The notes under the pieces: generated by a model
The model's database searches: none
The model's input: only the letters and a program-made list of their open reading frames with translations
What the model was told of the DNA's origin: nothing
Assembly: GCA_051382335.1 (NCBI GenBank)
Contig: JBBCAX010000182.1
Span: 1-55,842, forward strand
Source: Deltaproteobacteria bacterium TL4
Lineage (GTDB): Bacteria > SAR324 > NAC60-12
Direction: 5' to 3'
DNA length: 55,842 bases
Shown: positions 36,680 through 46,216 of the stretch, piece by piece
Numbering within the stretch: position 1 is the stretch's first letter
How the letters are laid out: each line of letters opens with the position of its first letter
Position numbers and translations under genes: made by a program

Positions 36680-37582
36680 ATGCACGATCACCAGCATCAC
36701 CAGCATTCACAGGAAGCCGAATCAGAAGGCACCTCAAATATAACCTTTGCTTTTCTGTTGAACGCAAGTTTTACGGTTATTGAAATTGTGGGAGGATTGT
36801 GGACCAATAGTGTCGCGATTTTAGCCGATGCGCTGCATGATATGGGGGATACCCTCTCCTTGGGGTTTTCGTGGTATATGGAACGCATTTCTAAACGCAA
36901 ACGCGATGCGCAATTTTCCTATGGTTATAAGCGATTTTCTCTGCTTGCGGCGTTCCTCAACAGTCTCATTCTCATTTGCGGTTCTCTTTTGATTCTCTCA
37001 CAAACGATACCCCGTTTATGGGCACCTCAACCTGTGCATGCGGAAGGAATGCTTGGCTTGGCATTGCTTGGTTTTTTTGTAAACGGCCTCGCTGCTTACC
37101 GGATGAGAACAGGAAAAACCATGAACGATAAATTGGTGAGTTGGCATTTGTTGGAAGATGTCTTGGGGTGGGCTGCCATTTTGGTGGGCAGTATGGTGAT
37201 GATGTTCGCCGATCTTCCGATCCTGGACTCCATGTTATCTCTTGGAATCACTCTTTATGTTTTATGGAATGTAACCAGCGCTTTGAAACAAACCTTGATG
37301 ATTTTTCTGCAATCCATTCCTGATAATGTTGATATTCCGCTACTGGAACAGCAAATCTGCGACCTTGCTGAAGTCCAGAGTATTCACGATACCCATGTCT
37401 GGACTTTGGATGGCGCTTATCATATTCTCACAACCCATGTGGTCCTTCCTTTGGAAGTCTCCGCCCAAGCGATTTGTGAGACAAAACAAAAAATCAGAAA
37501 ACTCACCCAGGCCTTGGATATTGATCATGCCACGATTGAGATCGAACTCCCTGATGAAGTCTGTCATCTCAAAGAATGTTAA
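36680..37582 (+). CDS. Cation diffusion facilitator (CzcD/ZitB-like) metal efflux transporter
   Basis: His-rich N-terminus; ILADALHD, FSYGYKR, HLLED and HDTHVW motifs. Confidence 0.92.
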   Translation: MHDHQHHQHSQEAESEGTSNITFAFLLNASFTVIEIVGGLWTNSVAILADALHDMGDTLSLGFSWYMERISKRKRDAQFSYGYKRFSLLAAFLNSLILICGSLLILSQTIPRLWAPQPVHAEGMLGLALLGFFVNGLAAYRMRTGKTMNDKLVSWHLLEDVLGWAAILVGSMVMMFADLPILDSMLSLGITLYVLWNVTSALKQTLMIFLQSIPDNVDIPLLEQQICDLAEVQSIHDTHVWTLDGAYHILTTHVVLPLEVSAQAICETKQKIRKLTQALDIDHATIEIELPDEVCHLKEC

Positions 37583-37914
37583 GGTCTCTCTTCCTCATAA
37601 TGTAGCGCTAACCAAATCGTTGTTTGTTTCTTGTCCGTCCATTCGACCCTATGTTTGCAATGGGCCGGAATATTCAAGTGATCTCCTCCGAAAAGTTCAA
37701 TGATGTCGGATTCATGCTCAAATTTCAATCCGGCACTTCCTTGTAGCAGAATTACCCATTCACTCCAGTCTTGATCATACCATTTGCCTTCAGGCGTGGC
37801 TTGTCCTGTTGATACAATTCGTTCCAACCGGAACTGCCTGCCCGTCAGGAAGGGGGTAATTATTTCCTCCTTTGAGCTTTCTGCAAACTCTCGATAAAGG
37901 TTTTCAATGTGCAT
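37579..37914 (-). CDS. Cupin domain protein
   Basis: ERIVSTGQATP..WYDQ..EWV.LLQG; IPAHCKHRVEWT. Confidence 0.85.
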   Translation of the reverse strand: MHIENLYREFAESSKEEIITPFLTGRQFRLERIVSTGQATPEGKWYDQDWSEWVILLQGSAGLKFEHESDIIELFGGDHLNIPAHCKHRVEWTDKKQTTIWLALHYEEERP

Positions 37915-39025
37915 AAGTCCTCTGCCTATCTAAAATATGGAAAAAATCCAACTGAACGGCCTTGCCCTGAGAAGGGGAATCCAAATTCGAAATTCCAACT
38001 CCCAGTAGCCTGATGGCTTTATTGGGAAATTCCTCGTGACATACGTGATCAAGCTTCTGTTGACACACGGTATAGATTTCTTCAAAGTCAGAAAAATCGT
38101 CGTCCTTGCTGATGCTCCGAGTGATCTGTAAAAAATCATGAAATTTGACTTTCAAGGTTAGAGTTCGGCCCTCCATCGACTGACGGTCCATCCTTTTCAT
38201 TAAATCATCCACGAGCTTTTGCAACTCTTCAAGCAGTTCAATGCCATAGCGTAAATCCTTCGAGTACGTGTTCTCTGTACTGATGGATTTACGTTCCCGA
38301 TTCACAACGACAGGTCTGTCATCAATGCCCCTTACCCGTTCATACAATTCATGACCAAATTTGCCAAAATGTTCAACCAGGAACTCTTCTGATTTCTCAT
38401 ATAAATCCTGTCCTGACGTAACTCCCTGCTCTTCCAATTTTTTGGCCGTGACTTTGCCTACATAGGGGATTTTACGAACATTCATTTTTAAAATGAAGTC
38501 CTGAGCTTTTTCGGGGAGAATGACATACAAGCCATCAGGTTTTTTTTCTTCTGTAGCGATTTTGGCCAAGAATTTGTTGTATGAAATGCCTGCAGAGCAG
38601 GTGAGTCCAATTTCCTCCTTGATTTGCCTTTTGATTTGCTGTGCCAGACGCGTAGCCGAAGGTTCGCCTTTCTTATTTTCAGTCACATCCAGCCAGGCCT
38701 CGTCTAAGGATAAAGGTTCTATGATCTCGGTGTACTGTTTGAAAATTTCATGGATTTTGGCGGAAATCTCTTTGTATCTTGAAAATCTCGGAAATAAAAA
38801 GATCGCACCAGGACAAAGATGGTAGGCTCTGCTGGTCGGCATAGCGGAGTGGATCCCATACTTTCTCGCTTCATAACTTGCGGCAGCAACAACCCCACGA
38901 CTTTCCGGACTTCCCCCGACAATGAGGGGTTTGCCTTTCAACTCAGGGGCATCCAGTTGTTCTACAGAAGCATAAAAAGCATCCATATCGATATGAATGA
39001 TCTTTCGGACAGTCATAGTATTCAT
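37904..39025 (-). CDS. dinB: DNA polymerase IV
   Basis: IIHIDMDAFYASVEQ, SYEARKYGIHSAMP, SLDEAWLD and NKFLAKIA motifs. Confidence 0.97.
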   Translation of the reverse strand: MNTMTVRKIIHIDMDAFYASVEQLDAPELKGKPLIVGGSPESRGVVAAASYEARKYGIHSAMPTSRAYHLCPGAIFLFPRFSRYKEISAKIHEIFKQYTEIIEPLSLDEAWLDVTENKKGEPSATRLAQQIKRQIKEEIGLTCSAGISYNKFLAKIATEEKKPDGLYVILPEKAQDFILKMNVRKIPYVGKVTAKKLEEQGVTSGQDLYEKSEEFLVEHFGKFGHELYERVRGIDDRPVVVNRERKSISTENTYSKDLRYGIELLEELQKLVDDLMKRMDRQSMEGRTLTLKVKFHDFLQITRSISKDDDFSDFEEIYTVCQQKLDHVCHEEFPNKAIRLLGVGISNLDSPSQGKAVQLDFFHILDRQRTYAH

Positions 39026-39046
39026 TAACGTGTAATTGAGTCATGG

Positions 39047-39715
39047 TTACACACTGATAACCAAAAACGCATCGTGTTTGGTTTTCTTCATAAACAGAAC
39101 ACACTTGTGACGTGACAAATCAGTCCAATTAGCATATTTTGTAAGTCCCCTGTTGAGCCATATAGACATGCATTTAAATAAATTCAGCATGCATATTTTG
39201 GATGACCCATTTAATCGACTCATGATTAGGAGTGTCAAAGCTTGCTTTGACCAGAAAAGCCAAAGCTTTTCTTTGAATTTTGCCAAAGCAAGCTTAAGAA
39301 AATAATCATAGCTATTAAACTCCTGGGTATATCCCTTGAAGTTCAGGACTAATTTATTTTGTGAAAAACCAAGGGAAAGCTGATCGCCTGACAGACTCCC
39401 AATAGACAAAGTTTTTTGAGGCGCACCATTTTCTACGATGTCCCGATGAAACAAATATTGAATATTGCGGATCGGAGTTGAGGACTGTTGCTGGATGAAA
39501 TTATCATCACTGGTTTCATCTCTGGCGTTCAGCATCAGCCACGTCGCGATAAACTCGGCTCGGGTTGCATAAAACCTCAAGGCTTCCAGGACGGTGGTTT
39601 TCCCTGAATTATTTTCACCGACCAACAGATTGATCCGTTTCAGCGGATCGATTTCCAGTTTCTTGAGGATTCTGAAGTTTTCAATGACTAACGAGTTTAA
39701 GATTAAATCGGACAT
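39047..39715 (-). pseudogene. AAA/ABC-type ATPase (AAA_15/AbiEii-like), N-terminal half only
   Basis: IENFR..INLLVGENNSGKTTVLEAL Walker A; no signature or Walker B (DE) region; tail looks non-homologous. Confidence 0.65.
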
Positions 39716-39882
39716 GGTTCACCTTCTTTTCCATTAAAAACATGATGCAAGATCGACTGCATCAAGGTTTCATTCTGCTTTCGGGATTGCGCCAGTTGGG
39801 ATTCCAGATCGTCACATAAGGCCATCAGTTGATCGACTTTGGCTACGATGCGCTTTTGTTCTGCGAGGGGGGGCAATGTCAG
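39703..39882 (-). pseudogene. hsdS: Type I restriction-modification HsdS C-terminal fragment
   Basis: LPPLAEQKRIVAKVDQLMALCDDLE conserved helix; upstream part replaced by a REP-containing element. Confidence 0.8.
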
Positions 39883-39922
39883 TAATGAGTTATACTTGCG
39901 TTGGGTTAAATCTTTAATTTTG

Positions 39923-39995
39923 TGGTAGGTCGGGATTACATGCCCGACCCCTGAGAACGCTGGAATAGGGCGGGGCATATAATCCCCGCCTACCA
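39923..39995. repeat. Inverted REP pair (GTAG family)
   Basis: TGGTAGGTCGGGATTACATGCCCGAC ... GGCGGGGCATATAATCCCCGCCTACCA; related copies at 11051, 15487 and 53787. Confidence 0.75.
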
Positions 39996-40068
39996 CAAAC
40001 AATTCATTATGAGGTGGGTTTTAGTATTTAGGAACGAGAATTGTTATTTAATTCTCATTCTTAAAAAA

Positions 40069-41142
40069 CTAACGTCTTCGGAAACCTCCAAAGGAGCGTT
40101 TTGAGCCGCCAAAGGAGCGGGAACCGCCAAAGGACTTTCTCGAAGGACTCTGATAAGTGCGTTTTTGAGGGGTTCTTAAGGGTTCCGAACGTTGCAGGTT
40201 GGAGTTGCTGGACTGACCAAAGCCTCCCGACCTTAACGCCTTATTGGAATTTCTTGCTTTGTATTGACTGGTTTTGATTTGATTAAGTGATTGGGTGGGC
40301 GTCTTTTTAAAGCTACTGGTCGCGTCTTTTCCTGAAACAGTTTTCGCCGCGGAAACCGAAGGTTGAGCCTTGCTTAAATTGGCGGTTTTAGCAACACGGG
40401 TGCGTTGTACGGTTGTGACAGGAGCCGGTGTATAACCCCCATAAGGCATATAGCCAAAACCATAGAATCTCGGAGTAAAAAGATAATGCATCATCATTGA
40501 GGTCATCAGAATGCTGGAGAGGCTGGACTCGTGATGATAATGCCTGGGTTCTGAGCCGGACTGCTGATACATTTGAGGGTTGGGTGTTGATTGCATCACC
40601 ATCTTTTCATCATTTTGCTTGATTGCGGAAGCCGTCATGATTTCAATGGATTTGTTTTCCACAATATCTCGCCAAGCTTCCTGATCCGAGGTTGAAGGAT
40701 ATGTGGACACCTCATTGGGATCGGGGACCAAGATGGAGAGTTGTAAAAATTCTTGTCCCTCTCCGATATCTTTGGGAATCACAATCACAGGATCAGCCAA
40801 ACCATCATTATTCAAATCAATCGTGCTGATGTCTTTTATCTTATTGGAAACATTGCTCACCAAGGCTCTGACAAAGTCAGCTTCACCAACACCCGAACTG
40901 GATGTTTCCTTCATCGCCTCGGCAATCAGCGCTGGAATTAATTCAGGGTTCAGGTGTTCGGTCAGGTCCACTCCCAAGCGCGCAATGGCCTCAGCATCCA
41001 GGGAATCGCTAATGCCTATGGGCGCGTTTTCAGCGGTGGAGAGTCTTTTCTTTTCCTCTTGATCACCATCAGAAAAAATCCAGTACCCGATTACTAAAAA
41101 AATTGCGATCAAAAACCATTGAGTCGGCGTTATATTTTTCAT
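40069..41142 (-). CDS. Membrane-anchored hypothetical protein with a basic low-complexity tail
   Basis: N-terminal TM, DLNNDGLADP loop, C-terminal RSFGG repeats. Confidence 0.8.
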   Translation of the reverse strand: MKNITPTQWFLIAIFLVIGYWIFSDGDQEEKKRLSTAENAPIGISDSLDAEAIARLGVDLTEHLNPELIPALIAEAMKETSSSGVGEADFVRALVSNVSNKIKDISTIDLNNDGLADPVIVIPKDIGEGQEFLQLSILVPDPNEVSTYPSTSDQEAWRDIVENKSIEIMTASAIKQNDEKMVMQSTPNPQMYQQSGSEPRHYHHESSLSSILMTSMMMHYLFTPRFYGFGYMPYGGYTPAPVTTVQRTRVAKTANLSKAQPSVSAAKTVSGKDATSSFKKTPTQSLNQIKTSQYKARNSNKALRSGGFGQSSNSNLQRSEPLRTPQKRTYQSPSRKSFGGSRSFGGSKRSFGGFRRR

Positions 41143-41819
41143 TAGTTTAACTCCCTATGTTTGCTTTTCCAGAGATGAATATGATGGAGATCTCTGAGGT
41201 CTCCATCAAAAAAATCAGCATGATGTTCAATATTGATTTCCAGTAGAAATACAATACAGAACAGAATTTTCTTTTCTTTATCTGAAACTTTATCGCCAAA
41301 CAGGTGATCTCCAGAGGCTTCAGCGACACCAACACCACTATCAAATAAGGCTTGTTTATACTCTTCAACTAAATGTTCCGGTAACTTTTTGAGTAAGGCT
41401 CTGATGTCTAACAGCATTAAAATAATGTCTTCAGTACGTGCGTGGAGAATTTTATTGGACAGCGCTTGTTGTTCCTTGGCGTTAAGTTTGACCAATCGAC
41501 TTAAATCATCTCCAAAAATTTCTTCGATTTTGTGAAAGCCTTTTTCGATACTCAACCCTTCTTTGAAGGAGGTATGTTTGTCAGCGTAACTGACCAAATA
41601 AACTATGGTATAAAAAGTATGTTTTAAGGTGACTCGTTCTTCATCGGAGAGTTGCTCTAGTGTTCTGGCCAGAGATCCTGTCAAGTTGGGGAGATGACGG
41701 TCTAACAAACGCACCGCGGCTTCTGCCGGAGAAAGTCCCGCCTGCTTTGAGTAATGCAATAACCGGCGCCACAACGGAACGGGTAAGTGTATTTTTAGAG
41801 AATGATGATTGAATAGCAT
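41142..41819 (-). CDS. Hypothetical protein with TerB-like features; start uncertain
   Basis: LVSYAD...KE and VAEASG...VSDKEK motifs; stop overlaps the next start (TAATG). Confidence 0.6.
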   Translation of the reverse strand: MLFNHHSLKIHLPVPLWRRLLHYSKQAGLSPAEAAVRLLDRHLPNLTGSLARTLEQLSDEERVTLKHTFYTIVYLVSYADKHTSFKEGLSIEKGFHKIEEIFGDDLSRLVKLNAKEQQALSNKILHARTEDIILMLLDIRALLKKLPEHLVEEYKQALFDSGVGVAEASGDHLFGDKVSDKEKKILFCIVFLLEINIEHHADFFDGDLRDLHHIHLWKSKHRELN

Positions 41820-41977
41820 AATGTTCCTGAACTCAAATCCGTAGATCCCACGCACTCAGCCACGAAGGAACACAAAGAATAAACAAGAGATGAAGTGGGG
41901 TCAACGATGCAACTCTCTGCGATAATTATGCCAATACAATCAGTCTTAAACAAGAGAAATCTACTGTTTTTTCAAAG

Positions 41978-43003
41978 CTACCACCGCGCATAATGATCTT
42001 CTACGAAACCATAAAGTCCCTCAAGTTCAATTTTGACATTGGAATTTGTTTTTAAAATTCCGTAATACTTGCCAAAAAACTGTCGAAAATTTGTTGCGAT
42101 GACGCCTAATCCTATTTTTTCCGCACGGCAGCCTTCAGGTTTGAAAACCAACTCTAATTTTTTATCAAAAGAACGCAGTTTCCATTCATCGGTAGGGCGA
42201 TATCGGTTAAAGTCAAAATGAACGGTATCTATTTTGGTAGGCTTTCCTTCATGCCAAAAGACATTTTCCGTGAATCCCGTTTCATTAACACCTGCCGCAA
42301 TATTGAGTCCGATGCTTTTTCCTGAGTTCAGTCGACCCGAAAAACACCCCCAATTCCAGAATGTATCCCGCCTCATAAAACCACAACTCCAGTCATAAGA
42401 ACCCATCACGCCTGCTTGTTTTAAATCCAGCGTTCCTTGTTCCCATTCGAGTGTTCCCTCAACGGGTAAGCCTGCGCCCTTTTGGGTATAAACCCAGCCA
42501 TCATATCCTGCTCGCGTACAGATGGACATGGGTTGAAATAAGGGTTCTGCTTCAGAAAGAGTTGCCTTCAAGGATTCGCCACTTCCCAGTTTGAGCTCAA
42601 TTCGGCGTTGGCGAGGCTCAGACGTACTGGTCATTTTTATTGTATTTCTAAAGCTTCTGAAGGTCGTTGTGCCTTCGCTGGGAGTCAGAGGAAAGGACGT
42701 TGCGATTCCAGGAAGTATAAAACTATACTCCTTTAAGGTTTGACTGAGTGGATGGTAAATATAAAAAAAAGCATGACTCAATACTTTCAAGTCCACAATG
42801 GCGCATCCTATGACAATCTGCGAACTGAGAAATCCTAAAAATTGAAATTTATTCAGTTTCAAATATTTTTGTATTCGTCCCAATGGACGATCCAGAGGGG
42901 TGCGATAGTCAAAATCCAGATAGTTAATTTCAGCAACAGGTTCTGAAAAAATTCCGTAGTTGGGAGTGCCATCCGCTTGGATTAAACGAGTTTGATGAGA
43001 CAT
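41978..43003 (-). CDS. DUF2804-family protein
   Basis: WVYTQK, YDWSCGFMRRDTFWNW, ENVFW, NFRQFFG and GFVEDHYARW motifs. Confidence 0.8.
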   Translation of the reverse strand: MSHQTRLIQADGTPNYGIFSEPVAEINYLDFDYRTPLDRPLGRIQKYLKLNKFQFLGFLSSQIVIGCAIVDLKVLSHAFFYIYHPLSQTLKEYSFILPGIATSFPLTPSEGTTTFRSFRNTIKMTSTSEPRQRRIELKLGSGESLKATLSEAEPLFQPMSICTRAGYDGWVYTQKGAGLPVEGTLEWEQGTLDLKQAGVMGSYDWSCGFMRRDTFWNWGCFSGRLNSGKSIGLNIAAGVNETGFTENVFWHEGKPTKIDTVHFDFNRYRPTDEWKLRSFDKKLELVFKPEGCRAEKIGLGVIATNFRQFFGKYYGILKTNSNVKIELEGLYGFVEDHYARW

Positions 43004-43022
43004 CAGCCTCTCCTGAAAAAGT

Positions 43023-44474
43023 TCAACGCTTCGATGGTGAAAGATACTCACCATCAATATTTAAATGGTCGTTGAGGGATTGGGGAATCCCTATGGCACC
43101 GTTTAAATTGGCGTCTATGAAATTAGCCCGTTTCACATGAACACCTCTGAGACGGGCCTGTTGAAGGATAGAATGCTGCAAGTCGGCACCATTGAGATTG
43201 GTATCTACCAAAAATGCGGCACTTAAATTGGCTTGGACTAAACTTGCTCCGTTGAAATCCGCCTGATACAAGAAGGCCCCATTCAGCATGGCCCCCTCCA
43301 GGTTGACTTCACGGCCTTTCACTTTTTCAAAATTGGCTCCTTGCAGGGTTGCGCCTCGCAGATTAGCTTCCTCAATCACCGCTTCTTTTAAATTGACTTT
43401 AACCAAACGGGCATTTTGCAGGTTTGAATGCGAGAGATTGGCCTTCGTCAGCGTTGCGCCTGCTAAATTGACTCCGTAGAAATTTGAAGAGGACAGATCT
43501 AAGCCTGCCAAGTTGGCCTCTTCAAAATCACAGTGAACGTAACTATGGTTTGTTGTGGGGGCGTCACAATTGCCTTGGGGCAATGCTTTTGAGGAAACGC
43601 TTTCCTTTTTAAGATCAGGCAGATTTAGCTCTTCGTCCACAGGGATGAGGTCAGATTTCAGTGTCGTGAGTTTTGGTGAGAGTTTTTCTTTTTCAGAAAG
43701 TGTGGTGGGCGGCAACACCGGCTGAATTTCGACTTGAGCGGGTTTTGGTTTTGCCATAACCCTCATTTTATCAGCGGTATCTGCGGAGCCCTCCGTTACC
43801 GTCTCATCCTGTTTTTCTAATACAACTAAATGCCGTTTCGCATTGAAATCCCCCTGGTTTGCCGCTTTGGTAAACCATTCCATGGCTTGGGGCTTATCCT
43901 GTGGGACATATTTCCCACGTTCATACATGAGTCCCAAATAATATTGAGCCGGGGCGTGACCTTGGTTGGCTGATTTTTGATACCAGTTAAAGGCAGTTTC
44001 TGGATTTTGATCCACGCCTCGGCCATAGTAGTACATGAATCCCAAGTAATATTGCGCCGCCGCATGCCCCTGTTCTGCCGCTAAATAAAACCACTCAATC
44101 GCACGGGAAAAGTGTTGTTCTACACCTTTGCCATAATAGGACATAAACCCTAAAAAATACCGCGCGTTTTTGTCTCCTTGTTTGGCCGCCTTGTTAAACC
44201 ACTGTAAGGCGGTGGCATAGTTTTGGGGAACGCCTCGTCCGTGATAATACATCAGCCCCAGTGCAAACTGAGCTGAAGCATGACCGCCTTGTGCTGCTTT
44301 TTCATACCATTGTACCGCTTGCTGGTAATCTTGAGGGGTCTCTTGAGTTCCCAAATTATACGTGCGCGCTTTTAGATAAATCGCTTCATTATCAAGAGGT
44401 TCCTCAGCGAAAAGGACAGACGTCTCAAAAAGAATAAGCGTCAGTAACATGAGTGCGGAAATCAACCATTTCAT
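43023..44474 (-). CDS. Secreted Sel1-repeat + pentapeptide-repeat protein
   Basis: Signal peptide, about five Sel1 repeats (AQYYLG.MY..G.GV), then A(N/D)LxG pentapeptide repeats. Confidence 0.88.
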   Translation of the reverse strand: MKWLISALMLLTLILFETSVLFAEEPLDNEAIYLKARTYNLGTQETPQDYQQAVQWYEKAAQGGHASAQFALGLMYYHGRGVPQNYATALQWFNKAAKQGDKNARYFLGFMSYYGKGVEQHFSRAIEWFYLAAEQGHAAAQYYLGFMYYYGRGVDQNPETAFNWYQKSANQGHAPAQYYLGLMYERGKYVPQDKPQAMEWFTKAANQGDFNAKRHLVVLEKQDETVTEGSADTADKMRVMAKPKPAQVEIQPVLPPTTLSEKEKLSPKLTTLKSDLIPVDEELNLPDLKKESVSSKALPQGNCDAPTTNHSYVHCDFEEANLAGLDLSSSNFYGVNLAGATLTKANLSHSNLQNARLVKVNLKEAVIEEANLRGATLQGANFEKVKGREVNLEGAMLNGAFLYQADFNGASLVQANLSAAFLVDTNLNGADLQHSILQQARLRGVHVKRANFIDANLNGAIGIPQSLNDHLNIDGEYLSPSKR

Positions 44475-44592
44475 AGAACACATGAGTCGGATAGGAAAAA
44501 GTCCTGAATTAGAGGTGACTCCTTCTTGTGAGTTCAATAAGGATTTGTTAAAAACGATGATCTGATCCACCATCTTCTCAAAAGAGGTTTGC

Positions 44593-45513
44593 ATGAATAC
44601 AATTTTTATGGGAACGCCTGAAATGGCAATACCTACTTTACAGAGTCTTGTCGATTTCGGGTGCAATGTTCAAGCTGTTTATACACAACCTGAGCGACCC
44701 GTCGGAAGAAAAAAGCAACTCATCCCTTCTCCCGTGAGGGCCTTTGCGGAATCTCATCAATTCCCTGTTCATACTCCAGCGAAAGTAAATACCGCTGAAG
44801 AGCTGGATCGCTTGAGACAACTGGCCCCTGATTTGATTGTTGTCTGTGCCTTTGGACAAATTCTTCCCCAAGCCCTTTTGGATCTTCCGAAGCTTGGATG
44901 CTTTAATTTGCATTTTTCCTTTTTACCCCGTTGGCGAGGGGCCAGTCCCATTCAAGCCGCAATTCGTGAAGGCGATGTGAGTACAGGGGTTTCCCTTCAA
45001 AAAATGGTGATGAAACTTGATGCGGGGCCTCTTGTCGCGCACTCAGCGCCTGTCACCATTCAGGCCAACGATACCTACGAAACGTTGGGAAACCGTTTAA
45101 GCCTCGTTTCGGGAGCGTTGCTTCAGGAAATTCTTCCCCGTTTGGAAAATCAACGCTTTGTCTTAAAAGAACAAGATCCCGCGAATATCACCTTTTGCAA
45201 AATCATTAAAAAAGAGGAAGGACGCGTTTTATGGCATGAGCAAACAGCCCTCGAAATTGAAAGAAGGCTAAGAGCGTACACTCCCTGGCCTGGTACCTAT
45301 AGCATCGATCGACAGGGAAAGCGACTGCAATTTATGAAAGTTCAGGTTTTGAATGAAAGGTATCCTCCTGGAATCCTTTCTCCTGAAGGTATCATTGGCG
45401 CAAACGATGGAGCCATTCAGGTACTGGAGCTTAAACCTGAAGGAAAGGCTGTCATGTCAACAGAAGATTTCCTGAGAGGGCATCTGGATTTAATTGGAAC
45501 TGAGCTTTTTTGA
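44593..45513 (+). CDS. fmt: Methionyl-tRNA formyltransferase
   Basis: IFMGTPE, YTQPERP.GR, NLHFSFLPRWRGASPIQ, LDAG and PWPG motifs. Confidence 0.95.
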   Translation: MNTIFMGTPEMAIPTLQSLVDFGCNVQAVYTQPERPVGRKKQLIPSPVRAFAESHQFPVHTPAKVNTAEELDRLRQLAPDLIVVCAFGQILPQALLDLPKLGCFNLHFSFLPRWRGASPIQAAIREGDVSTGVSLQKMVMKLDAGPLVAHSAPVTIQANDTYETLGNRLSLVSGALLQEILPRLENQRFVLKEQDPANITFCKIIKKEEGRVLWHEQTALEIERRLRAYTPWPGTYSIDRQGKRLQFMKVQVLNERYPPGILSPEGIIGANDGAIQVLELKPEGKAVMSTEDFLRGHLDLIGTELF

Positions 45514-45680
45514 CCACGCCAGTTCTGGAGAAGCCAGCGTTCTCCGTAGTCTCTTGACGTTCCGTATTATCGCGATGGAAGCTTCATATTTTATTTTTTA
45601 AAAAGGGTATTCCCTTTTAAATTATTCTACGATAAGAGGGTGATTAGGGGTTTTACTTAATTTGTTTTAGAGAGGACACT

Positions 45681-46118
45681 ATGACACGCTTAATTGGTAC
45701 GTTGATCCTTATGTTAGGGCTTAATTACGCAGCTGTTTGCGCTCAAGAAAAAAAGATACAACCCGGAACCAATCCCCAGGCAGCGGTGACTCAGTCCGCG
45801 GAAGATGTGCTTTATGGTCCTTTTGCACCTATCATTCTTCTGAAAGACTATGTCGAAGATGTCTCCGTGACAGAGGACAACATCATGGTCAAACTCACGC
45901 CCCCTCATCGGGATCAAATCATTACAATCCGTATCTCCGATGCGGAACGATCTCAGTACCGCTATTGGCTAAATAATGGAAAAACGGATTTTCAAGTTAA
46001 GGTTTATCGAGGCGGAAAACGGCAAGGCTATACTTATCTCATTCGTACCGCGGCGGGGTTTATTGAATATTGGGAGGGCAACACACTCTTCTTGCATCTT
46101 GCTCGCTTACAAGAATGA
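45681..46118 (+). CDS. Secreted hypothetical protein
   Basis: Signal peptide; GAGAGG RBS. Confidence 0.7.
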   Translation: MTRLIGTLILMLGLNYAAVCAQEKKIQPGTNPQAAVTQSAEDVLYGPFAPIILLKDYVEDVSVTEDNIMVKLTPPHRDQIITIRISDAERSQYRYWLNNGKTDFQVKVYRGGKRQGYTYLIRTAAGFIEYWEGNTLFLHLARLQE

Positions 46119-46156
46119 GGCACCGACTATGACAGAAGGCTCGTTCCGCGCCTGAA

Positions 46157-46175
46157 AAGGGGCAAAACGCCCCTT
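46157..46175 (-). terminator. Candidate intrinsic terminator between convergent genes
   Basis: AAGGGGC-AAAAC-GCCCCTT; short T-run on the minus strand. Confidence 0.45.
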
Positions 46176-46216
46176 CTACGGAGTCACAAATTCCCTGAAT
46201 CTCTCAAGACTATTCC

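Noticed and set aside
39883..40002. N-terminal part of the 99-aa ORF 39703-40002
   Set aside because: Translation of a REP pair, not HsdS sequence.
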